A DNA stretch of 55,763 bases, filler included, from Sphacelaria rigidula (taxonomy: Eukaryota): NCBI GenBank assembly GCA_964200075.2. It is 5 parts of 5 records of this genome, joined end to end, with 100 filler letters (N's around TTAATTAATTAA, not from the genome) between each part and the next. Parts side by side here need not be neighbours in the genome. Positions count along the whole stretch, not along the records: positions 33,520 to 44,591 come from CAXNAA020005433.1; positions 44,692 to 55,763 come from CAXNAA020005434.1; 3 more parts are not named here. The stretch is one strand, 5' to 3'. Shown here one piece after another: positions 34,964 through 46,525 of this stretch. Position 1 is the first letter of the stretch, and each line of letters opens with the position of its first letter. The notes beneath the pieces are model-generated. The model had not been told where the DNA came from. It did not search any database and saw only the letters and a program-made list of their open reading frames with translations. The translations under genes were made by a program, and so were the position numbers.

Positions 34964-37900
34964 CTGGAGATCATGGAGCGAGATTCCTCGGGGTTGAAGG
35001 GCGCCAAGAACCCCAAAGATCCCAGACCGAACGCTAAGGTCGGTGGAATAGGTGCGGAATCGTCGAAGTATTGCGCTGCCTTCAGCACCGTACCTAGTTC
35101 AGCAAGCGGCCGTGAAGCAAGATTGACGATACGGCAAATGCGATGCGTGCGTGCCATTCGAAAGCCAAATATCACTCTCAACTGAGCTATGCCTACGATA
35201 GTTCATTTCGAATCGTTCAAGTTTTGCACCACCTTCACCAGACTGCCTGGCTGTCAGCCGGAACACACGTGCTACAGTGTGAGTGCTCAAGTGAAGATAC
35301 CGTCGTCCTTCTCGTTGAACTGCCAGTCAATTGTTGCATCCTTATACGCCACGCTACACCTGATTTCTGCAAAATTCAAGGTAGCAATGGCGTCTCCCGT
35401 GTATTCTCCCCTGACCAAGTTCGACATCTAAGCGCACCTACCGACGATTTCTAGTAAATTTCAGTGTGCCCACCGCTACTGCGATCACCATCCCGAGAAG
35501 GCTACCAGTATCTTGCCCAACAGGAAAATAATTGCAACCGACAATTCGCGCAACATGACGGATGGGTCGCTTGGATACGAGGACACAAAAATATCCCGAC
35601 AAATCAAATGCTACGGCCTCGAGTTGACCGTGGACGATGGAGTCGTATCAAAAAAAACTCCAGGGACAACTCTCGACAAGTCTCAGACAAGGCCCCACAG
35701 AGGAGGGCGCCTGGAAGGCAAGGCCGTTGGAGCAGGTTGCGACTCAGCTACTCGAGGAGCACACAAGGCAAAAAATCGTAACGACTGAACCTGAACAAAG
35801 GAGACGCCAACACCAACTCATTAAACCGGAGAAGATCAAAGTTGACAGAAAACAAAGGAGGTCTGAACCTGGAAGCCAGAGGCAGAAGCAACAACAACCG
35901 ACAGGGCAGCACAGTTGTAGCAGTCCCGCCCCCCTCGCCTCCGACGATCCCCAATGAGGGACAAGGTGCTTCAAGCCATCGTCGGTCTTTAGCCGTAATG
36001 GAGGGAAAGTGCAAACAAGTGTGTTGGTGTCACACGTTTCGAGCAAACCCCGGTGCACGGTAGCCGTATGACCACAAGCGTGGGAACCTCAAGCAGGTAA
36101 CTCAAAAGGGAACAGCTGGCCTCGAGTGGTGCCCAACAATGTTACATTTCAGCGTCATCCAGCCAAACTCCCTCGTTTTCGAGCTTTGAGCTTCGATATC
36201 TCGCCAACCGCGACCAATGTCGAAATTTTAGACAGACGAAAAATTGCGCCATTTTTTAGAATTCCCGTTTGAACGTGGTTCCAAAACTTGTTTTATACGT
36301 GGCTATTTTTTAACATGTACGCATTGTAATTCACTCGTCCTTGCCACACCACGAACTCGGGGACGGAAAGCGGGCTCCTGTCTGGGAGTTCAACTTACCG
36401 CCGGTTCAAAGACAAACATTACTTGATTCGTGTGTATTTGTGTGTATCTCCAGACACAATGAGAGAGTAATCGTTGGTGTTCTTCGATTGCGGTGCCATC
36501 AAAGACGGAACAACGAAAATCACCAAGGTACGAGAACGAAGAAATAAACGCGAACGTGAAACGCACACACACGCACGAACTAGCGACACCTGGAGAATGA
36601 CATTTGCTTACTGCAGTACAGGCGGGACGTAACGGCAACATCGATACACATCCGACAACGTCAACATCACACCGATTGCATTCGTGCCTTGAAAATCCCT
36701 CACCGTCTCCTCCCAGACAGATAACGAAGTCTGTTTCGCTCGCCAAATTTTGCGGGTTAAATCTCGGGACATCCGGCATGAACACCGGGTTGCCCTCCTC
36801 ATCGACCACATCGTCCTCAGAGGGGTCCACCATGATCGTCAAGCCTTCCTGACTTTGCAGCCAGTTCACCAGTTCCTCTGCCGCCCAAGAAAAAATAGCA
36901 CGAACAACAAGTTCTGACTTGAAACGACAGAAACTCATCAAGTTTCTCTATCGGAAAAATCACGAGCGCTGTCTTCGCAAGATATGTCAACACAGCTAGG
37001 TCTTTCTGGCCTTGAAGGGACTGACTTCCCCAGATCACCACATCACCAGTCGCTCCGTTGCTGGGGGGGGGGGGATAAGAAAACATGGCGATTGAGCAAT
37101 CACGTTCGGCGAAAGGCTGCTCTTCTTATAAACAAACACTCCGCACCGCGTCGAGATTGGATTGCAGTACCATGCCGGCCAAGCTCTCCTGACTTCGTAC
37201 CACCAGTTTGGCTTGGGAAACCAACGGAGTACTGAACTGAATTCCACATGCATCTTGCCGGCGTGTTCCGATGGTGTAAATTAAAATGGTCCGATTGCCG
37301 TCATTAGGGTGGAAAGAACGAGGGTTCGATTCTCCATGTGTTGGGTTTTGTCGTGGTGAATATCTGATTTCCACGGTGGAAAGCTTGAGAACGTGAGTAA
37401 ATAACGTAGTCGACTGAAGTTGTTAGACGTGAGTTGACGCGGTGCGGGAGTGGTGATAGTCATGACCCGATCCACGAGACCAAAATGCAAGGCGTGTACC
37501 GGGAAGAGATAGGTTAATTCCTTGAGACCATGGACTGGTCCCGAGGAAGAGGAGGGGTTCAAAGTGCGACAAGGAAACACACACATACACACATATATAC
37601 ACACCACACATAATTCGGTCGTTGGGACAACTACAAAGTTCCGTCATCAGATGACCAGCGGCCACGATAATATTCTCGGCCATGTCATTCAAAGCCACCA
37701 GTTGCGCCAACGAAGCCGTGACCAAGACGAACACAAAGCTAGAAAAACAAGCGAGAACGCAGCATGCCATTCCCGTCAAAAAATACAAAAAAAAAAAACG
37801 AAATCATGGGATACGAGTGGACACCTCCAAGACCGAGAAAGTGTTCGAAACAGCCGGATGCTTGACCCCATAACCAAGGCAAAGCCACACCCGGGAAGCA

Positions 37901-40765
37901 GCAGAAAGAGCTCAAAACCTGAAACGCATCCAATGCGTTACCTGGTATCTTTGATAACATTTCGCCACCACAACAGCACACCGGAAACGTCCAAAACGCC
38001 GCTCACTATCCAACACGACGTCAACCTCTGTGGCATACGCACAAATACCAAGCACGAAATCCCATGGCCACACTCTCGTCAAACATTCACCTGTTTTAGC
38101 GGCCACCTCAGCATCCTTCCACTTTTTGATAACGGCCACCCGTCGCGGGGGACCATCCCAGAACAGACGGGCACTCCTGCCTGACCTGATTGATCAGACC
38201 AGCATGTTCGCATTGCCCGACACGTTTCACTGGTTCACGTTTGATCGGTCTCTGATTGCTCCGCGCTGTCAGCCGGTCAGCGCCCGGCTCGGCCATCGCA
38301 ATTCATTCATGAGATGCCTTTGTCAGGCAGCAAGCACTCTGTATATCTCTTCAATTCCAACGTGAGTAATTTCAGCACGATGGACGCAGTGCAAGCCGGT
38401 TTTGAGCGTTTTGTTTATTGGTAAACACGACAGTAGCAAAGCTTTCAACAGGTTGTAACATCTCTGCGTCCGACATGAACGTAAAAAGTGGTGGGATGAT
38501 CTAGTTGTTGGTGGTGGTGTTGCCGTTGTTATTGTTTTTGTTGTTGGTGGTTGTTGGTGGTGAGTTTGACATGTGTATTTAGGATCATTTTCTGGAATGT
38601 GGTACAGAAGTGACTGCATCTGTTTTCATTAACCTGACAATGTTGGTCCCTGTGCTGAGCCCTATGAGACTGTTCGCTTTCTTGTCTGTCAACACCCTGG
38701 CCATGCCAGCAAACCCCATGACGTACTCCTTGAAGTCGATCGTGCCGCTGTACAGAGAGAGAAAAAAGATGGTGGTAGAGCAACGATATGGGGTAGGCCT
38801 GGGGTTAAGGTGAAGGTTTCGAGTTTGGGTTCTGGATTAGACCAAAGCTATAACAGGTGCACTGCTTAATAACGATCATACGTATCAAGTTTTTTTTTTC
38901 CCTTGACGGAAGGAGGGAACCTGACCCAACTCTTACCCCGCGAGCGGGTTCATGTACCGATTACCCGGAGGCTTGGTCACACTGCCTCGTGACAGTCATG
39001 GGGGCTAGGCGCCTCGGGAGTTCGCATGCTTTGCTTGTGAGACGTTGTGACACTGAGCCATTAGACACTTGGGTCATCATACATTGTATCATTACACACT
39101 CAACTAAAGCCATAAAGTACAGATATGGCACTAGGCCATTGGACACGAAGTCATTGGGCATTGAAGTCATCAGACACTCGTCAACAGACGAGAAGTAAGG
39201 CTATGATTCACGAAGTCACTACAAACCAGGTAATCAGACACCATGACACACGCCGACCGTTCATATTCGCGCAATCCAGTAGCGTTTCTGAATGTCCCAC
39301 CACAGCTAAACGCAAAACAAACTTCATGACCAAATGTTGAATAACACGAGCGAGCAAATAACTACAGGCACGAACACAGAACATTGACTGAGAACTCATG
39401 CATAGTGCGCCGACATATTTCCCCCCACCTGTGGTTCCTGTCGAATGCCTGGAAGTACCTCTGCACCCACTCCTCCTTCATGATGCCGAAGTTGCGACGG
39501 ACGGTCCGGCGGAATTCGGTGGCCGTCAAATACTCCTTTTCTCCTGTAAGTTCGTGATGATCCAACAAAATAAGTACTTAGCGCGAAGTATTCCCGAAAT
39601 AAGTGAACCCTGATGAAGGTGCATACAAGCGGTGAAGCCATTAAAAAAAACGACCGAGCATACACATGAGAAGGATTTGCGTTCGTTGTAACACGAAAAT
39701 GAAAATATCCCAACCCCGACCCCAGCCCCAACCTCAAGCCTGAGAGTGAAGAAGAATAGCCACCGGACTCACAACTAGCCCCAATCACGAGAAAACCTCG
39801 ACAGGTCTCTTCCGGGGCCTCAGGAAAGGAGGTCGTGCAACGAGCATCATCATAGAGGTGGGTTACCACTCAGACAGCTCTGGGGAGACCAACATCACCA
39901 GGCGGGATGTCTCAGCCACTAATGCTGCAGGAAGACGAGCTATATAGTAGCACGGTGAAGGTGTAAAAATCACGCCCACGGCAGACAGCGAGCCAGAGAC
40001 CTCCACCGCGAGCCATCAAAAAATGACTGGCGAGATAGAACCAACTCTGTGTACCCGTACGATGTAGTGCACTGTCGCGCAGCGCGACGGGATGACAAAA
40101 ATTCTAGAGTAGCCGACACAACAACCGCCGGACAGGTCACCCGCCAGTTTCCTAAATAATTGATACGATACATAATCTGTGTATGCTAATGCAGTGAAAT
40201 GCGGCGATACGAGAGAGTCACAAGAGCAACATTGAACACCAACAGCCAAACGCAACAAAGGGAGTATCCCGTGACAGCGACGCGAACGAACAAGAGCCAA
40301 CTGTCGCCCTACGCGAGGTCTCACCAGCCAATTGCCGAAAGGTCTGAAACAGATCAGCCAGCTCCGCCGGCTCGAAGTTCGTCCGCAGACACAAGTTAGA
40401 CACCGTGTTCTTCCAGTCACTCGGGAGGTCGTATCGCTGCACTTCTTGGCTCTTGCCAAACGCCCCATATCCTATATTTTTAGCCATCCCCTTCCCTACC
40501 ATCACCGCCCTATCCCTAGCTCCTTTGACCCCGATCCCTCCGTCCATACTATTTACAGACCCCCCGACCCTCGCCCTCATCCCTTGCAGCCCAGGCCGCC
40601 CTGTTTCGCCCTTTGGCGAGGAACCTAATGTCGGGGTTCGTGCGGATTCGGCGGGATCTTGAGTCGTTGTTGGTGGTGTTGGTGGTGTTGCTGATTTTTG
40701 TCCTGGTTGTGGCGGAGTCTTTGATGTCCCAGGCTGTTCCTCCTTTTTGCCCTTGTGATCGTACC
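34964..40765 (-). CDS. EF-hand-containing NAD(+) kinase, multi-exon, partial (start uncertain, C-terminal exons missing)
   Basis: Phase-compatible GT-AG exons: ~40765-40325 (TNFEPAELADLFQTF); 39543-39429 (YFQAFDRNH); 38747-38634 (SGTIDFKEY); 38185-38091 (WDGPPRRVAVIKKW); 36877-36704 (DFVICLGGD); 35093-34964 (GTVL...GLGSLGFL). GGDGT and GxLGFL are NAD kinase signatures. Confidence 0.88.
37425..37505. repeat. Short dispersed repeat (SINE-like), second copy at ~42927-43005
   Basis: gagttgacgcggtgcgggagtggtgatagtcatgacccgatcc...tgcaaggcgtgta matches gagttgactcggtgcgggagtgcagatagttatgacccaatcc...tgcaaggcgtgta. Confidence 0.7.
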
Positions 40766-42501
40766 CTGGAGGGTGATAGCTTCGCCTAATTTGATTCGTC
40801 ATGCATGTCCACGAACAAGGTATGTATACCCACGTACAAGGGTACAGGCAGGGAAGAAGGTGTTTGTATGGCATGCTACACTAAATCAGTCAAGAGACCC
40901 TCGCCAGTGGAAAAAAAAAAGAGAGAGAGAAAAGAGGACAACAACAAAATCATTCGAGACCGGTTGCGATCAACTTTGAAGCCGAACATATCTACTAGAC
41001 AGTCCAGCTGGAAAGCCTTGACCTCGAAGCCTCTTCTCGGAACAATTATTTTTACTCGCAGTTGTCGGGCGAGTTCCCAGATGCATCGATCGAATTGGTC
41101 CGTCGAGAAGCAGGATAACCAAATGGTCGATGTAAACAAGAAATCATTTTGTCATTTCCGCTACACGTCAACACCTCGCCTTCCTAGGGACGAGCCCAAA
41201 GTATTACAATAATTTGAATGGAGTGATCCATCTCTCCTCCCGGTACGAGCCTTCCATTCTGATATCACGGAATGGATTATGACTCCCGCAGCGCGTCGGA
41301 TGCCGTTAAAGTTTGTTTGATACTGGCGTCTTCACGCTCTCAACGAACGAAAATCAGACACTTCTCGTGAACAAGTCGCATCAAGCGGGATTCATCCCTC
41401 CATCCTCCACCGTGACATATTTCACTTGCTCCCGACACCGACCGACCACCGGGGTGAGGCGGCATCATATTCCTCGAAAAAATAACTGAAATAGCGTGAA
41501 ACATGTCTCCAAGTTAGGGCGCAATTCCATTTTATTGGAGCACACACAAGAGAGGGGCTGTTATTGCGCGGTTGTGCCCCCTGCCTCCTTACCTCATGGC
41601 TTGTCGAGACAAGACCTAACACGGTGAGACATTGACTACTCAAGACAGTGATCGTAAGCAGACAAAGAAGAAGCGTGGACTATGGAGAGGAGAGCGACGG
41701 AATAGTCACCACTCTGTTGTATGAAGCCGTTGGAGTGAAGGCAAGGGAAATTTGGGTGCGCTGTACAGCACAGTACAGCGCGGTTGGAACGGCATAGCGC
41801 GTAGCACAACATCAAACCATGCTCGACCCTTGCCAGCCCCTTCTGGAAAAATACGATGACTCAATACTGTCCAAACAAGACGAGGATGAGTTTTGGATAT
41901 CGCAGCAGCAGCGGCAGCCTACGCGCACCACCATAATGCTAGTAGAAGTGAATGAGCCCTGACCCTGATAGAATGGTCAACAGCGGAATTGTACGTTTAG
42001 CCTGGCTCAAAATTGTTCAAGGGTTCTTGTACTCTCAACTCCATGACATGATGCCCAAACACCATAAAGCCGACATGTTTTTGTTTTCATTCTACTCTAT
42101 ATTTCTCCTCCGAGCACGTTTTTCGGTTAATTATCCAGGGTACGTTCATGTTGACACCCAGGCCGAATGCTTAGTGGTTCAGATTATGTTGAAAAATCAA
42201 TCAAATCAATCAATTGATCTATATTTATGGTAAGGCTCAGGCTTACGGTTAACCCCTCCCGATAATACCAGCTGCTTGCGCCGCATTCCCCAGGCGAGCT
42301 CACAGCGCAACAAAAAGGCCAGCTGCGGCTGTTGAGGACCGCCGCCGCGCACTCGAGGGCAGAAAGGACGGTGTGATCTGACATCATCTATTTTAGAAGT
42401 CAGGCCTAGCATATTTGCGCACTACACGTGCAACAAATGGGCATGCATACTCTATTCACTGCCTTTCAGCCAGTGTTTCAGTTTTGCTTTTTCACGGATA
42501 C

Positions 42502-42580
42502 GAGCATCATGTGAGCATCATGTGAGCATGCCTGCATCGTGTGAGCATGCCTGCATCATGTGAGCATGCCTGCATCATGA
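42502..42580. repeat. Short tandem repeat (11-bp and 19-bp gagcatgcctgcatcatgt units)
   Basis: Directly visible tandem units. Confidence 0.8.
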
Positions 42581-43420
42581 CCCCTGGGGAATCCGTCCAT
42601 GTGCGACAACCGAACAAGCAGAAATAATAACCAACGAAATCAATCCACCAGCGCATCAACTGAAAGGATGCATAACAACATCGAGCGATTGATGCTTGAT
42701 AACATCGAGCGTCATGTCACTTTTCTCGTCTTCTGCCACACTTTTATATCCCTCACCGTCCTCCAGACGAGCCCGTGGTCTACTAGTCTCAAGAGATCAA
42801 GCCAGAGGGTGGAGAGAACGTGGGCTCGCATCCCGATGCATTACGATTGTTCCTGAGAGAATTTGACCTCCACCGTCGAAACCGTGAGTACGTGAGTAAG
42901 CCAAAAAGAGTTTACTTCGTTTTTTCGACGAGAGTTGACTCGGTGCGGGAGTGCAGATAGTTATGACCCAATCCGAGAAACCACAATGCAAGGCGTGTAT
43001 CTGAGAGATCACCGAGTCGTTCCGACGAAAAACAAATGTCGTCGCTGACAATAGCCCTAAGCAGCGAAGCTATGGCGTGAGACGTGCCATTGTAAGTGAG
43101 AGGGAGTCTTGATTTTGTATGAGCCGTTTTTTAATCACGCGATACGGCACCAAGTACCGTGCCGTACCGTATGGAGAGTGTTGTTGCATGGCAGGATGGG
43201 GCGGGCATGGCGGGTCACTGATGACTCAGCATGTCCGGAAGATGTTGGAGAAAAAACGCTCTTCTTCGTTCTTTACAGTCTTTTTTTCCATTCGTGGTGG
43301 AGAGCCTGGATGAAAAAATAAAACTCACTGCAGTGGAGCTTACGTATTTATCGAAAAAGTGGGTGGTTTCTTGGTGCGAAAGTGGACACCGATACTCGAA
43401 TCTTCAAAGGGGCTGACAGT

Positions 43421-44535
43421 CTCACGAAAACCCGAGAACGTTCCGTCAACATGTTCACGACCAAGGGCTTGTCTTAGGCCCTGTGATAGCACGTGGGTTT
43501 TCGATCGAAAAAGTGCGGTGGGAAACAAAAATCCTAATCTGATAGGTCGTAATTTCAACCATCGTCGTTTATTTTGAAGATGGTTGAAATCATGACCCAT
43601 CAGATCAGGATTCTTGTTTTCCACCGCACTTTTTCGATCGCAAACTGATGTGCTAAGACATGCACTTCGCAAATTATTTTTCGATCGAAAATGTGCGGTG
43701 GGAAAGGAGAACTCCGATCTGATTGGTCGTGATTTCAACTATCGTAGTTTATTTTGAAGATGGCTAAAATCACGACCTATCACATCGGAGCTTCCCTTTT
43801 CCACCGCACATTTTCGCCTTTAGGCCGTGTCTTTTCAAATTGTTTTGGTGTCGAAAACGTGCGGTTGAATCGAATTCGCTGGTTTCTGATTCTGGCACAC
43901 TATTTATTTTCTCAGATGGTTGAGAGCATGAATGCCGTGGACGTATCAGGTACGACAAAATTCAATTCCACCGTACGTTTTCGAGTCGAAAACAATCTGA
44001 TAAGACACGGCCTTAGCGGTACAAATGTTGACCGAACGTTCTCGGGAATTTGCGAGTTTGAGCTAACACTAACGGTCGTGATTTCAAATATCGTAGTTTA
44101 TTGTTCAAGATGATTAAAATTATGACCTATAAGATCGGAAGTTCTGTGTTCCACCGCACTTTTTCGATCGGAAAATGATATACCAAGGCCGCGTCTTATC
44201 AAATTGTTTTCGACTCGAAAACGTACGGTGGAATCGAATTTGCTCTTACCTGATGCGTCCACGGCATGTTCTCAACCATCTGAGAAAATAAAGAGCGCGG
44301 GCGAATCAGAAACGCGGGAATTCGATTCGACCGCACGTTTTCGACACCCAGATAATTTGATAATACACGGCCTAAGGCCCTGTCTTCGCACATTAATTTT
44401 CGATCGAAATTGTGCGGTGGAAAACAAAAATCCTGATCTGATAAGTCGTAATTTCAACCATCGTTGAAATATGTGAAGATGGTTGAAATCACGACCTATC
44501 AGATCGGGATTTTCGTTTTCCACCGCACGTTTTCC
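43421..44535. mobile_element. Composite TIR element built from tandem hairpin modules (43421-44056) plus a partial inverted second copy
   Basis: Outer inverted repeats ctcacgaaaacccgagaacgttccgtcaacat and atgttgaccgaacgttctcgggaatttgcgag enclose ~140-160-bp palindromic modules. Related modules recur at 44074-44535. Confidence 0.75.
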
Positions 44536-44591
44536 TAGGGCCGAAGCTTTCAGGAGCAGGGCGGCGCGTGTACTGCGCCAAGTTGATAGGG

Positions 44592-44691
44592 NNNNNNNNN
44601 NNNNNNNNNNNNNNNNNNNNNNNNNNNNNNNNNNNTTAATTAATTAANNNNNNNNNNNNNNNNNNNNNNNNNNNNNNNNNNNNNNNNNNNN
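44592..44691. other. Artificial 100-nt contig linker
   Basis: Same linker structure. Confidence 0.98.
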
Positions 44692-45342
44692 AGGGAGAGA
44701 GGGGGGGGGGGGGGGAGTCGTATAGGAACGGAAATGATGTGTAGGCAGGACACACCAGCAGCGGGGTCATGGTAAGCTCGCATCACCTCTCAATACTTCA
44801 GGTGTCCACTCATGCCATCTGAAGTAAACGTCTCTCCGTAGACCACCAACAGAAACAGAGCACCGATTCTGAAGGCTTCCCGGGAATCCGATGACGCGGC
44901 GTAAGCGTCGTTCGAGCAATTTCAGATTCACTTGGCTCTATCTTCGTGTTTCATTTCCCGGGAAAAAGGACCCATCGAACGCGGCAAACGTTGGATATTA
45001 CGTGACCCATCGTGGGAAATCATTCATCTCTCCTCAGGCACCTTTCCGACAGCTTGTCATCGACCATCTTATCCCCACTACCGCACCCCGTCGACTTTTG
45101 GCTCTTGTCGATTTATGCAAGCCCACGTCCCCGCACTTCCAACGCAGGGTTAGCGCCCAACAATACCTCATTTTGTCAAGAGCGGGGAGTACAAAGCCAT
45201 GGAATATTTTCTTTCGAATTTACTCGGAGTAGCAGCGCTAGTGCGAAAAATACCCCAATGTTTTGGCGAGCCCGTTCGCCCATTTTGCGCTCCTTCTCCG
45301 TCGTTTTTGCCAACTTAGGCCGTTTCTTATGGGCTGAGAAAA

Positions 45343-45748
45343 TCTCTCTTAGAACTGCATTTTTCAACCATTCATCACGGATGATGGGCGGAATACGAGC
45401 CTTGGCGGATTTGGCCTCCTCGGAAAGATTGGCGATGTTTTTCACGGGGATTCTCGCGCACTTTTCCGATTGTTTGACTGGATTCTGAATGTTTTCAATC
45501 GCCCCCCCCAAATCGTCCAGTTGTCGGGGAAAAGACGTACTTTTTCCCCACAACTCAAAGTTTTTGGGGGCGACTGAAAACCCCAGAATCCGGCCAAAAG
45601 TAAAACTGGGCGTACGAAAGATCGGACAAGCGCCTGTGATCCTCGTGAAAAATATAGCAAACCTTTCCGAGGAGGCCCAATCCGCCAAGGCACGTATTCC
45701 GCCAATACTCCGTGATGAAAGGTTTAAAAGGGCAGTTTTCAGAGAGAA
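45343..45748. mobile_element. Foldback/MITE-like palindrome (~400 bp)
   Basis: ccttggcggatttggcctcctcggaaagatt pairs with aacctttccgaggaggcccaatccgccaagg. Opposite-strand ORFs encode near-identical peptides (VKNIANLSEEA). Confidence 0.8.
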
Positions 45749-46525
45749 CACTTTTCAGTCCATTACAAGCGGCCTCAAGTTCACAAGAAGAAAACCAATG
45801 GGCGTAGACGGGCTACGGGAGTGCTGATCCAACGCTCCGTAACAGCCGGCCAGACGGGTATCGTGAGGTGAGACGACTCGATACATACCGTGGTCGGAGG
45901 GGGAGGGGAAGGGTTAAAATTCACATGAGCAAAAATACGTACAGTTCTGTATGGGAAGGTGGTTTCGCAGGTGTCCACTTCACAGCTTCCTCCAAAACAC
46001 TTGGTAGCATATGAGTACTTCTCGGGGACGTTCTTCGTCAGGGATAGATTCACGGCGACGCTAGCGTGCTGCCGACGTTTTACGTAGTAACGAGTACCTG
46101 AGAGTCAGATGAAGTGCTGCTTGGCAATATTTTTCATTGATATCGCACCCTTTATGTGACAAACAAAGGTAAACAGATGCCGACGTTTCGTCGCAACGTA
46201 CACGAAAGTCTTTTGAACGATGACGCCCCTTCTTCACGTGTTTTAGTGACGACAGTATCCGACCTTAATGCCCTCTAGAAAATGACAAAGAAAACTGTAG
46301 AGTTCTTGTTTTTTTCAAACGTGAGATGATGTTGACTTTCTCCTTCTATAGATGTTATGACGAGGCGAGGACCGTCCAAATATTCGAAAGTTAGACACAT
46401 ATATTATGTTTCACCATCGGGAAAACAGTTTTGTTCATACAACACATACGAGCCCCGTACATCGTAGCCTACGGTTTCCTTCTAGTCCCCGCGGAAAACG
46501 TTTCCGATCGGCGATCAGTTTTTAC

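Noticed and set aside
37310-37340. tRNA gene suggested by the B-box-like GGTTCGATTC
   Set aside because: No cloverleaf or matching A-box on the same strand; it is part of a dispersed repeat.
42246-42830. Possible 5' exons of the NAD kinase gene
   Set aside because: Splice sites are plausible, but there is no recognisable homology and the phase link to the 40765 exon is not established.
45176-45827. 191-aa and 112-aa ORFs on opposite strands
   Set aside because: They are mirror-image products of the palindrome, not genes.
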